From Macrostomum hystrix (lineage: Eukaryota > Animalia > Platyhelminthes), in NCBI GenBank assembly GCA_950097015.1, contig CATNEN010000002.1, positions 1,674,001 to 1,738,000 on the forward strand: a DNA stretch of 64,000 bases. The letters are read 5' to 3'. The notes beneath the pieces were generated by a model. The model ran no database searches and was not told where the DNA came from. It was given only the letters and a program-made list of their open reading frames with translations. A program made the position numbers and the translations under genes. Positions within the stretch are counted from its first letter, which is position 1; each line of letters starts with the position of its first letter. Positions 12,801-24,800 of the stretch are shown here, one piece after another.

Positions 12801-15800
12801 GCTAAACCAGAGTCTGAATCATGGCTAAACCAGAGTCTGAATCATGGCTAAACTAGAGTCTGAATCATGGCTAAACCAGCGTCTGAATCATGGCTAAACC
12901 AGAGTTTGAATCATGGCTAAACCAGAGTTTCAATCATGGCTAAACCAGCGTCTGAATCATGGCTAAACCAGCGTCTGAATCATGGCTAAACCAGCGTCTG
13001 AATCATGGCTAAACCATAGTCTGAATCATGGCTAAAATAGAGTCTGAATCATGGCTAAACCAGAGTCTGAATCATGGCTAAACTAGAGTCTGAATCATGG
13101 CTAAACCAGAGTTTGAATCATGGCTAAACTAGAGTCTGAATCATGGCTAAACCAGAGTCTGAATCATGGCTAAACTAGAGTCTGAATCATGGCTAAACCA
13201 GCGTCTGAATCATGGCTAAACCAGAGTTTGAATCATGGCTAAACCAGAGTTTCAATCATGGCTAAACCAGCGTCTGAATCATGGCTAAACCAGCGTCTGA
13301 ATCATGGCTAAACCAGAGTTTGAATCATAGCCAACCAGAGTCTGAATCATGGCAAAACGAGAGTTTGAATCATGGCTAAACCAGAGTCTGAATCATGGCT
13401 AAACCAGAGTCTGAATCATGGCAAAACTGGAGTCTGAATCATGGCTAAACCATAGTCTGAATCATGGCTAAAATAGAGTCTGAATCATGGCTAAACCAGC
13501 GTCTGAATCATGGCTAAACCAGAGTTTGAATCATGGCTAAACCAGAGTTTCAATCATGGCTAAACCAGCGTCTGAATCATGGCTAAACCAGCGTCTGAAT
13601 CATGGCTAAACCAGAGTTTGAATCATAGCCAACCAGAGTCTGAATCATGGCAAAACGAGAGTTTGAATCATAGCCCACCAGGGTTTAAAACATGGCGAAA
13701 CCTGAGTTTGAATCTTGGCTAACCTGTTTGAAAAATCAACGTCAACTGGGGAGTCATCATCAAAATGGGGATCATGGTGAACTGGGGGATCATGGTAAAC
13801 TGGGGGATAATTGTCGACTGGGGGATCAATGTCAACCGGGGGATCATTGTCAACTGGGGGATCATTGTCAACTGGGGGATCATTGTCAAATGGGGGATCA
13901 TTGTCAACTGGGGGATCTTTGTCAACTGGGGGTTCATTGTCAACTGGGGGTTCATTGTCAACTGGGGGATCATTGTCAACTGGGGGATCATTGTGAACTG
14001 AGAGATCATTGTCAAGTGGGGGGTAATGGTCAACTGGGGGATAATTGTCAACTGGGGAATCATCATCAACTGGGGATCATCATCAACTGGGGGATCATTG
14101 AGAACTGTTGGATCTTTGTCAACTGGGGGATCATTGTATACTGTGGGATCATTGTCAACTGGGGGATCATTGTCAACTGGGGGATCATTGTCAACTGGGG
14201 GATCGTTGTCAACTGGGGGTTCATTGTCAACTGGGGGATCATTGTCAACTGGGGGATCATTGTCAACTGGGGGATCATCATTAACTGGGGGATCATTGTC
14301 AACTGGGGGATCATTGTCAACTGGGTGATCATCATCAACTGGGGGATCATTGTTAACTAGGGGATCATTGTCAACTGGGGGATCATCATCAACTGGGGGA
14401 TCATTGTCAACTGGGGGAACATTGTCAACTGGAGGAACATTGTTAACTAGGGATCATCATCAATGGGGAGACTTCATCAACTGGGGGATCATTGTGAACT
14501 GGGGGATCTTTGTTAACTGGGGGATCATTGTCAACTGGGGGATCATTCTCAACTGGGGGATCATTGTCAACTGGGGGATCAACTGGGGGATCATCATTAA
14601 CTGGGGGATCATTGTCAACTGGGGGATCATTGTCAACTGGGTGATCATCATCAACTGGGGGATCATTGTTAACTGGGGGAACATTGTCAAATGGAGGAAC
14701 ATTGTTAACTGGGGATCATCATCAATGGGGAGACTTCATCAACTGGGGGATCATTGTGAACTGGGGGATCTTTGTTAACTGGGGGATCATTGTCAACTGG
14801 GGGATCATTGTCAAATGGGGGATCATTGTCAACTGGGGGATCATTTTCAACTGGGGGATCATTGTCAACTGGGTGATCATCATCAACTGGGGGATCATTG
14901 TCAACTGGGGGAACATTGTCAAATGGAGGAACATTGTTAACTGGGGATCATCATCAATGGGGAGACTTCATCAACTGGGGGATCATTGTCAACTGGGGGA
15001 TCATTGTCAACTGGGTGATCATCATCAACTGGGGGATCATTGTTAACTGGGGGAACATTGTCAAATGGAGGAACATTGTTAACTGGGGATCATCATCAAT
15101 GGGGAGACTTCATCAACTGGGGGATCATTGTGAACTGGGGGATCTTTGTTAACTGGGGGATCATTGTCAACTGGGGGATCATTGTCAAATGGGGGATCAT
15201 TGTCAACTGGGGGATCATTTTCAACTGGGGGATCATTGTCAACTGGGTGATCATCATCAACTGGGGGATCATTGTCAACTGGGGGAACATTGTCAAATGG
15301 AGGAACATTGTTAACTGGGGATCATCATCAATGGGGAGACTTCATCAACTGGGGGATCATTGTGAACTGGGGGATCTTTGTTAACTGGGGGATCATTGTC
15401 AACTGGGGGATCATTGTCAACTGGGGGATCATTGTCAACTGGGGGATCATTTTCAACTGGGGGATCATCATCAACTGGGGGATCATCATCAACTGGGTGA
15501 TCATTGTGAACTGGGGGATCTTTGTCAACTGGGGGATCATTGTCAACTGTGGGATCATTGTCAACTGGGGGATCATTGTCAAATGGGGGATCATTGTCAA
15601 CTGTGGGATCGTTGTCAACTGGGGGTTCATTGTCAACTGGGGGTTCATTGTCAACTGGGGGATCATCATCAACTGGGGGATCATCATCAACTGGGTGATC
15701 ATTGTGAACTGGGGGATCTTTGTCAACTGGGGGATCATTGTTAACTGTGGGATCATTGTCAACTGGGGGATCATTGTCAAATGGGGGATCATTGTCAACT

Positions 15801-18800
15801 GTGGGATCATTGTCAACTGGGGGTTCATTGTAGCTTTAAAAAGCTGTAAATTCAGCTGCTAAAAAGTATATACTAGACGAATTAAAAGTATTTCTGCTCC
15901 CCGAAGGGGGGCAAAACTTGCTAGTAATAACTAAAAACTAAAGTGTACATTCCTGCCCTTCCGAACATTTCTAAGCCTTTCGAAGCACAGGCTCTGCTAT
16001 GCAGTCATTTTTACAATAGTTATTGAATTATGTTTTAGAATGACACCTACAGTCTGCTGGAGCTGTATACTGGTGAAATCGATGGTCAAAATCAATACAT
16101 TATCTATGTCAGCAAGGGTAGCCAGGTGAGTAATATTTAAAAATAATTCTTGAAATTACTGTAAGTAGTACGCGAGCTCATTTTGTTTCATTTCTGAAGG
16201 CCTTCACACCGGTATCAATGCGAGTGATTCCGGACGCTCCGAATGCGCTGAATGTTCTGGAGCACCTGTGCGATGGCTACGGCGCCGCTTCTGCTGCTCC
16301 TGCGAGTGCTGCTTCCAGGTGGCTGCGATTGGAGCGTGTTAGAGATCTGCCAATCGAACTGTTTCGATCTAGCTCCAGACAGCTCAGAGAGGTTAGATCC
16401 TCAAGCATTTTAAAGAGTTTAATTTTGGGAAATTTTCGAGTTTTAGTGGACTAGAATTTGGGAGATTAGAATGAGGGGTAATTTTTGAGATAATACAATT
16501 GTGGTATCTGTTAGGATATTAGAATTATAGTATCTTTTAGGATTTTAGAATGACTGTATCTTTTGGGATTTTAGAATGACGGTATCTTTTGGGATTTTAG
16601 AATGACGGTATCTTTTGGGATTTTAGAATGATGGTATCTTTTGGGATTTTAGAATGACGGTATCTTTTGGGATTTTAGAATGACGGTATCTTTTGGGATT
16701 TTTGAATGATGGTATCTTTTGGGATTTTAGAATGATGGTATCTTTTGGGATATTAGAATTATAGTATCTTTTAGGATTTTAGAATGACTGTATCTTTTGG
16801 GATTTTAGAATGACTGTATCTTTTGGGATTTTAGAATGACGGTATCTTTTGGGATTTTAGAATGATGGTATCTTTTGGGATTTTAGAATGACGGTATCTT
16901 TTGGGATTTTAGAATGACGGTATCTTTTGGGATTTTAGAATGACGGTATCTTTTGGGATTTTAGAATGACGGTATCTTTTGGGATTTTAGAATGACGGTA
17001 TGTTTTGGGATTTTAGAATGACGGTATCTTTTGGGATTTTAGAATGACGGTATCTTTTGGGATTTTAGAATGACGGTATCTTTTGGGATTTTAGAATGAC
17101 GGTATCTTTTGGGATTTTAGAATGACGGTATCTTTTGGGATTTTAGAATGACGGTATCTTTTGTGGGATATTTGAATGAGGCAGATCTTTAGAGGATATA
17201 TTTTGGGGGAGGCGGTCGGTGGCAGAGCGGTTATCGCGTTTGCCTGTCGCACCAAGGTCCCTAAGTTCGATTCCACGGCGAGGCCACATTCATTTGGGGC
17301 GCAGCCGCGGAGAGAAGGCTTGGGGGCTTGTCGTGCAATTTGAGGGCCAACCTCCAAGGCACAGTGAAAGTGTACACTGCCTGACGATGAGAAAGTCAGG
17401 GCAGTTGTACACACCTTTGTGAGCGTGTGCCTGCGTACAGTATCTGTGTGCGTGTGTGCTCAGTAGTCAGCGAAATGAGCAGAATTGCCTCCTCGCTGGC
17501 TGCGGGTCTAGTGTCACCAAAATGACGTGCCATTGCCCGCAACCCTCCTGCAATTATTATTATTATTATTATTATCTTTTGGGGATATTTGAATGAGGGA
17601 AAATCTGTAGAGATTTTTGGCTTTCTGTGAGATCAACTCATCCTTATTTTTGCCCAGGTGCTCAGCCAAATCGTGCCCAGTTTTCTCAACTCCGGCGAGG
17701 ACGAGTTTGTCTCCGCCTGCTGGCAAGAAGCACAGTCGTTTCTAGTCGACGCATTCAGCGGCATGAATTCCGGCGCCAGTTTTCAAAAAATGCTGCAGAG
17801 CCGCAGATGGTCTCTGGACGATGTGAGTTTCATTGTTGGTGCATTCGAGTTTTTGTTAGTTTACTGTCTCATGATATTTTTATCATAGCATCCTTTTATT
17901 TAAAAAACTACACCAGACTAGTTTGTACATCATCTTGTCTCATATATCAACAAAACGAAATTCTCATACCTCACATTAAATATCAACGAAATTCTCATAC
18001 CGCACATCAAATACCAACGAAATTCTCATACCGCACATCAAATACCAACGAAATTCTCATTCCTCACATCAAATATCAACGAAAGTGTCATGTCTCGCAT
18101 CAAATATCAACGAAATTCTCATACCTCACATAAAATATCAACGAAATTCTCATACCGCACATCAAATATCAACGAAATTCTCATACCTCACATCAAATAT
18201 CAACGAAATTCTCATACCTCACATAAAATATCAACGAAATTCTCATACCTCACATCAAATACCAACGAAATTCTCATACCTCACATCAAATATCAACGAA
18301 ATTCTCAAAGCTCACATCAATTATCAACGAAAGTGTCATGCCTCGCATCAATTATCAACGAAATTCTCATACCGCACATCAAATACCAACGAAATTCTCA
18401 TACCGCACATCAAATACCAACGAAATTCTCATTCCTCACATCAAATATCAACGAAAGTGTCATGTCTCGCATCAAATATCAACGAAATTCTCATACCTCA
18501 CATAAAATATCAACGAAATTCTCATACCGCACATCAAATATCAACGAAATTCTCATACCTCACATCAAATATCAACGAAATTCTCATACCGCACATCAAA
18601 TATCAACGAAATTCTCATACCTCACATCAAATACCAACGAAATTCTCATACCTCACATCAAATACCAACGAAATTCTCATACCTCACATCAAATATCAAC
18701 GAAATTCTCAAAGCTCACATCAATTATCAACGAAAGTGTCATGCCTCGCATCAATTATCAACGAAAGTGTCATGCCTCGCATCAATTATCAACGAAAGTG

Positions 18801-21800
18801 TCATGCCTCGCATCAATTATCAACGAAAGTGTCATGCCTCGCATCAATTATCAACGAAAGTGTCATGCCTCGCATCAATTATCAACGAAAGTGTCATGCC
18901 TCGCATCAATTATCAACGAAAGTGTCATGCCTCGCATCAATTATCAACGAAAGTGTCATGCCTCGCATCAATTATCAACGAAAGTTTCATGCCTCGCATC
19001 AATTATCAACGAAAGTTTCATGCCTCGCATCAATTATCAACGAAATTCTCATACGCCACATCCAATATCACTAAATTCTTATTGCTCTCACTTTTTTTGA
19101 TGCTCACCAGGTGGACCTGATAGAAGGTGTGCTGATGCAGTACCAAAGCCAGAGTGCCGGTCAGTCAAACTATCATGCGCATTCGTTGTGTGACCAGTTT
19201 TTTTCGGCTATAAAATGCGACAGTAGATCTTCAGCTGGTTGCATTGATTCCACCTATAAATTTGCTATGGCGGTGGACTTTTGCTCGGTAAGAAACAAAA
19301 CCGATTGTGTAATATTTGTAGTTTGTATTGACATAGTAAAAATGTTTCGGTACATACGTTTGTACTGAGGCGGAAGCCTCACGTATTAAAAATAATCGAT
19401 AAAAACACATTAGTACTTTAATAGTACACACGTACTTTAAGAGCTTGCGGGTACTTTAGGGGTGTGCGGGTACTTTAAGAGCTTGCGGGTACTTTAGGGG
19501 TGTGCGGGTACTTTAAGAGCTTGCGGGTACTTTAGGGGTGTGCGGGTACTTTAAGAGTTTGCGGGTACTTAAAAGATAATCACTACTTTGAGATGCATTT
19601 TTCTGTACTACAGAAGCAAAACGTTTAATAGTTACTAATGCACTTTAAAAGTACAAGCCTATACTTGAAGCATTATTGTAATATTCGCTACGATACGCTG
19701 ATTGCGCTTCACTGCAGCTTCTGCGCGACCTCCTGTCAGTATCGGAGGCCGCCAACTGGCAGCTGTGGCCATCGGCCTTCGTCAAGCGTCGGGCATTAAA
19801 AGCTTTCATCCAGCGCGCCGATCCGATTGAAGAAGCTGACGTTAAGCGCCTCATTGCCGAATCGTCGCCGTCGGCTCAGAGTCTGACGGTGCACAGAATC
19901 TTCGCGGTCGGGCGTAGAGAAGAGGCAGCCGCCTTTCGCGAAGATCTCGGCAATGTTCGACTGCTGTTCCACGCCTCGTCAGCTAGGAATCTGGTCGGCA
20001 TTCTGTCCAGGTATTTCCCCTGGGGAAAGATTTCAAATACCCACTGCCTACTTCACGATATCTTCCAAACCGGATGACCGATTTTCGTGAAATTCCACCA
20101 TATGGTTCATAATTTTCTGCTCCTAGTACGATGAACTAGCTTTCAAAACCGTCCGAGTTATTTGAAGAACCCGTTGACAAGAAAAACTAACATTTCTCTT
20201 TATAAACTTCTATAGCGAATCCGAATTAGTTAAAAAAAACAAACAAATAAATCAAGAAAAATAGTTAAAAATGACAGTCCACATGGTTATATGATGAAAT
20301 TTTGTGAGCAAAAAATAGTCTTTCTACTCTTTATAAAAAGTAGACTTTATAGCTTAGCGTACATCTAGTGTACTTTATTTATTCTGTGCGCTAGGCTTGC
20401 AAGTGAGTTCTTTAAATAGATAAGAAATCAAGTCAAATCAAATCAAATTGATTTCCGTCAGCACTCATCGGTCACGTGAGTTCTAAAAATAGAAACTGAC
20501 TCATCTACACATGATTCATATAACTATAGGCTTGTCCCATCGGGTGTACATTCGAAGAGCTAAAAATAGTAACAGCGTCATCCAATTAGCTGTAAATCTT
20601 AATTGTAAAAACCAATTGATTTGTAGAGGCCTGCTGCCACCTCGTCTGGCATCGGGCCAACAGCTGCTTCATCGTCGTGATGCTGGCAAGCTTGGCCGGG
20701 GCATCTACTTTGCCGACAGCCTCGCCGTCGCTGCGAAATATTCTCTGCCTTCAAATTCTGGCTGTCGTGTCGCCCTGGTGTGCTCTGTGGCACTGGGCCG
20801 CGTTCAGCAGGTGACGCATCCGCTTCCGCCGGACACGTCAGCTCCGACATCTCCGGATTGTCACAGCGTCGCGTCGATTCCATCTTCAACGACAGACGGT
20901 CGCCAGGTTGATGAAGACGAATTTGTTGATCGCGAATTCGCTGTGTTTAACGCCGCACAGCAGAAGCTGCAATTCATTGTGGAATTCTCGGCGCCTGGTG
21001 ATCGCGTTGATACGGAGAACTTCAACACTGTGGAGGGGCGTGAGCTTGAGATCGATGAGGATCAGCTGCAGGATGACGACAGTGAACAATCGCCGCTTGA
21101 TCTAGAGTTAAATGTGCGCCTAGCTGATCAACAGTTTGGGTTGCTAAGCAACGGAGATAAACCACTGCCTCTGCGTTCGGTTCACGTGCGAGCCAGTCTT
21201 ATCGATCTGGTTGCTGAGGTGAGTGCGGTCTCTAAGTTTGCTCTGAGGATCTGAACCCTGCTCAATATGTCCTTCAGGCAATCTCTACCTCTGCTCAGTG
21301 TGTCCTTCAGTGTCCTTCAAGTGCTCTGTAGCCCTGCTCAGGGTGTCCTTCGGGTGCTCTCTACCCCTGCTCAGTGTGTCCTTCAGGTGCTCTCTACCCC
21401 TGCTCAGTGTGTCCTTCAGGTGCTCTCTACCCCTGCTCAGTGTGTCCTTCGGGTGCTCTCTACCCCTGTTCAGTGTGTCCTTCAGGTGCTCTCTACCCCT
21501 GCTCATTGTGCCCTTCAGGCAATCTCTAACCCTGCTTAACTCTCCACTGTCCGCACTCCCCCCTACTCCAGGTTGTGCTGCTGCAGGAGTTCTTCAACAC
21601 TGGGGACACTCCGGTTGAGGCTCGCTACGTGTTCCCATTGAGCGAAGGCTCGGCTGTTTGCGGGTTCGAAGCCTACATTGGCGCCAAGCGAGTGGTTGGC
21701 GTTGTCAAGGAGAAGGAGAAGGCCAGACGAGAGTACAGAGAGGCGGTGGCTGCAGGCAAAGGCGCTTACCTGATGGAACAGTCAGCCGAGAGTCCCGAAG

Positions 21801-24800
21801 TCTTCACCGTATCTGTCGGCAATCTGCCGCCCAGGTGCGCCGCTGTCATTAAAATTCGCTACGTCTGCGAGTTGAAGCCGTGCGGCGAGGCGGTGATCTT
21901 CTCGCTGCCCGGCAGCGCCGCGCCTTGGCAGACGGCAGCCGCAGCCGGAGACAAACTGCAGGCCGTCACGGACACAGCCGCCGTCCGGCGCCCCATTGGC
22001 TCATTTAGCCTTGAAGCCGGACTCCGAATGCCCTACCCAATCAGGGCGCTGGCTTCAGCCACGCATCAAATACAGGTGCGGAGACAGTAAGGGCTGGAGG
22101 TGGAGGTCGAGTGTCAGAGTTGGAGGTAGAGTGTCAGAGGTGGAGGCAGAGTGTCAGAGGTGGAGGCAGAGTGTCAGAGGTGGAGGTAGAGTGTCAGAGG
22201 TGGAGGTAGAGTGTCAGAGGTGGAGGTAGAGTGTCAGAGGTGGAGCTAGAGTGTCAGAGGTGGAGGTAGAGTGTCAGAGGTGGAGGTAGAGTGTCAGAGG
22301 TGGAGGTAGAGTGTCAGAGGTGGAGGTAGAGTGTCAGAGGTGGAGGCAGAGTGTCAGAGGTGGAGGTAGAGTGTCAGAGGTGGAGGCAGAGTGTCAGAGG
22401 TGGAGGTAGAGTGTCAGAGGTGGAGGTAGAGTGTCAGAGGTGGAGGTAGAGTGTCAGAGGTGGAGGCAGAGTGTCAGAGGTGGAGGTAGAGTGTCAGAGG
22501 TGGAGCTAGAGTGTCAGAGGTGAAGGTAGAGTGTCAGAGGTGGAGGTAGAGTGTCAGAGGTGAAGGTAGAGTGTCAGAGGTGGAGGTAGAGTGTCAGAGG
22601 TGGAGGTAGAGTGTCAGAGGTGGAGGTAGAGTGTCAGAGGTGGAGGTAGAGTGTCAGAGGTGGAGGTAGAGTGTCAGAGGTGGAGGCAGAGTGTCAGAGG
22701 TGGAGGTAGAGTGTCAGAGGTGGAGGTAGAGTGTCAGAGGTGGAGGTAGAGTGTCAGAGGTGGAGGTAGAGTGTCAGAGGTGGAGGTAGAGTGTCAGAGG
22801 TGGAGGTAGAGTGTCAGAGGTGGAGGTAGAGTGTCAGAGGTGGAGGCAGAGTGTCAGAGGTGGAGGTAGAGTGTCAGAGGTGGAGTCAGAGTGTCAGAGG
22901 TGGAGGTAGAGTGTCAGAGGTGGAGGTAGAGTGTCAGAGGTGGAGGTAGAGTGTCAGAGGTGGAGGTAGAGTGTCAGAGGTGGAGGTAGAGTGTCAGAGG
23001 TGGAGGCAGAGTATCAGAGGTGGAGGTAGAGTGTCAGTGGTGGAGGTAGAGTGTCAGAGGTGGAGTTAAAGTGTCAGAGGTGGAGTTAAAGTGTCAGAGG
23101 TGGAGGTAGAGTGTCAGAGGTGGAGTTAAAGTGTCAGAGGTGGGGTCGAGTGTCAGCTGGGACAGTAACTAAGGCACAATGCTCTCCAACAACTGAGCTC
23201 GCTGACGCCCGCAGGTGAAGCGCTCGGAGACCTGTGCAGTGGTCCGCCTGGCCCGCACACTTGAGCAACAGACTCTGGGCGAGCTCGGTTTCCGTCTCGA
23301 GGTGTCCCTGGCCGAGATCAACGCTCCCCGACTGTGGGTTGAGCGGCCTGACGAGTCGTTGAATTCCTCCGGACCCGACGCTCTGATGGTCTGCTTCTAT
23401 CCCGAGTTCGAATCGCAGCCGTCTGGATTGTCTACCGCCGAGTGCACAAGCGTGGTCACTCTACTGCTGGACTGCAGCAGGTCGATGGCCGGCGAGCCGA
23501 GTGTTGACGCCAGGAGGCTGGCTGCTCTGCTGCTGCGACGCCTGCCACCGAAAGTGCGCATCAATGTGGCCAGATTCGGCTCGCAGTTCCAGGACTGCTT
23601 TGCCCTGCCGCAGCCGTTGGCGAGGCGAGTGGCTGACTTCTGGTTTCTATTTTTTTCTAGGAAAACGTTTGATGCTTAGGCCTAATGAAAAATGAAAATG
23701 ATAATTGCTGCAGGCAATGGCACATCATTTGGTGACACTAGACCCGCAGTCAGCGAGGAGGCAATTCTGCCCATCTCGCTGACACCTGAGCACACAGTGA
23801 CACGCCCACACAGGTGTGTACATCTACCCGGGCCTTCTCATCGTCTGTCCTTTGTAGCAGTGTACACTCTCACTGTGCCTTGGAGGTTGGCCCTTAAGGG
23901 CGTAAATTGCACGACAAGCCCCCAAGCCTTCTCTCCGCGGCTGCACCCCAAATAATTGTAATCTTGAGCTCAAGGACCTCGAGCTCTCTGGTGCGAGAAG
24001 CAAACGCGTACCTCTCTGACACTAACCTCAACGCGTTATGGATGGCCATAGAATAGATTCTAGAAATTTAACTAGCAAATTCTAGGAAAACCGCTTTAAT
24101 AGTGCCGAGGGAAAATTATTATCGCTATAGTAGAAATAAACTATTTATGGATTTCTAATGGACAGTAAAAACTCATTTTTTTGTATGATTTTTATGTTTT
24201 CTAGGAATTGAACTTTTTTCCCCGAAAAACGGTTCGATGCTTTTCTAGGAAAGAATCTATTTGCATTCCAGTGAACCATTTATAATTTTCTTGGAAAGTT
24301 TCCGGCTTTTTTTCCGAAAAACGGTTCGATGCTTTTCTAGGAAAGAATCTATTTGCATTTCAGTGAACCATTTATAATTTTTTTAGAAAGTTTCCGGCTT
24401 TTTTTCCGAAAAACGGTTCGATGCTTTTCTAGGAAAGAATCTATTTGCATTCCAGTGAACGCTTTATAATTTTCTTGGAAGGTTTCCGGCTTTTTTCAGA
24501 AAATCATTCGACTGATTGTGATTTAGAAAACGGTTGAATTGTTTTACAGCAAATATCTGTTTGTATTCTTGGAAAGTATTTGGTGGTTTCTAGGAAAATT
24601 GACAGTTTTATTCCCGGGAAAAGTTGATGCTTTCCAGGAATTAGTCTGATTGTACTATTTGAAGCCGTGAGAGAATTTTCTAGGAAAGCTTCTGTTTGTT
24701 TTCCAGGTTTCTGGCTTTTTTAGAATATATAATAAAGTGTCTTGTTGAGTTGCGGGAAACAATTTAATACTTTTCTAGAAAATTCTTTTTTTTCTAAGAC

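Noticed and set aside
4378-15862. Many ORFs with LGDHCQ / NWGIIV / QLTMIP repeats
   Set aside because: They are translations of the 18-bp Helitron satellite, open in several frames on both strands.
15944-16020. Possible extra PARP4 exon ([15 protein letters not shown])
   Set aside because: No in-phase donor. Exon 729-850 already links exon 2 to exon 4 in frame and matches PARP4 better.
18085-19120. His-rich 330-aa ORFs (similar ones at 31941-33048, 37161-37917, 42304-43914, 55761-56772, 57576-58014)
   Set aside because: Minisatellite translations with no coding signature.
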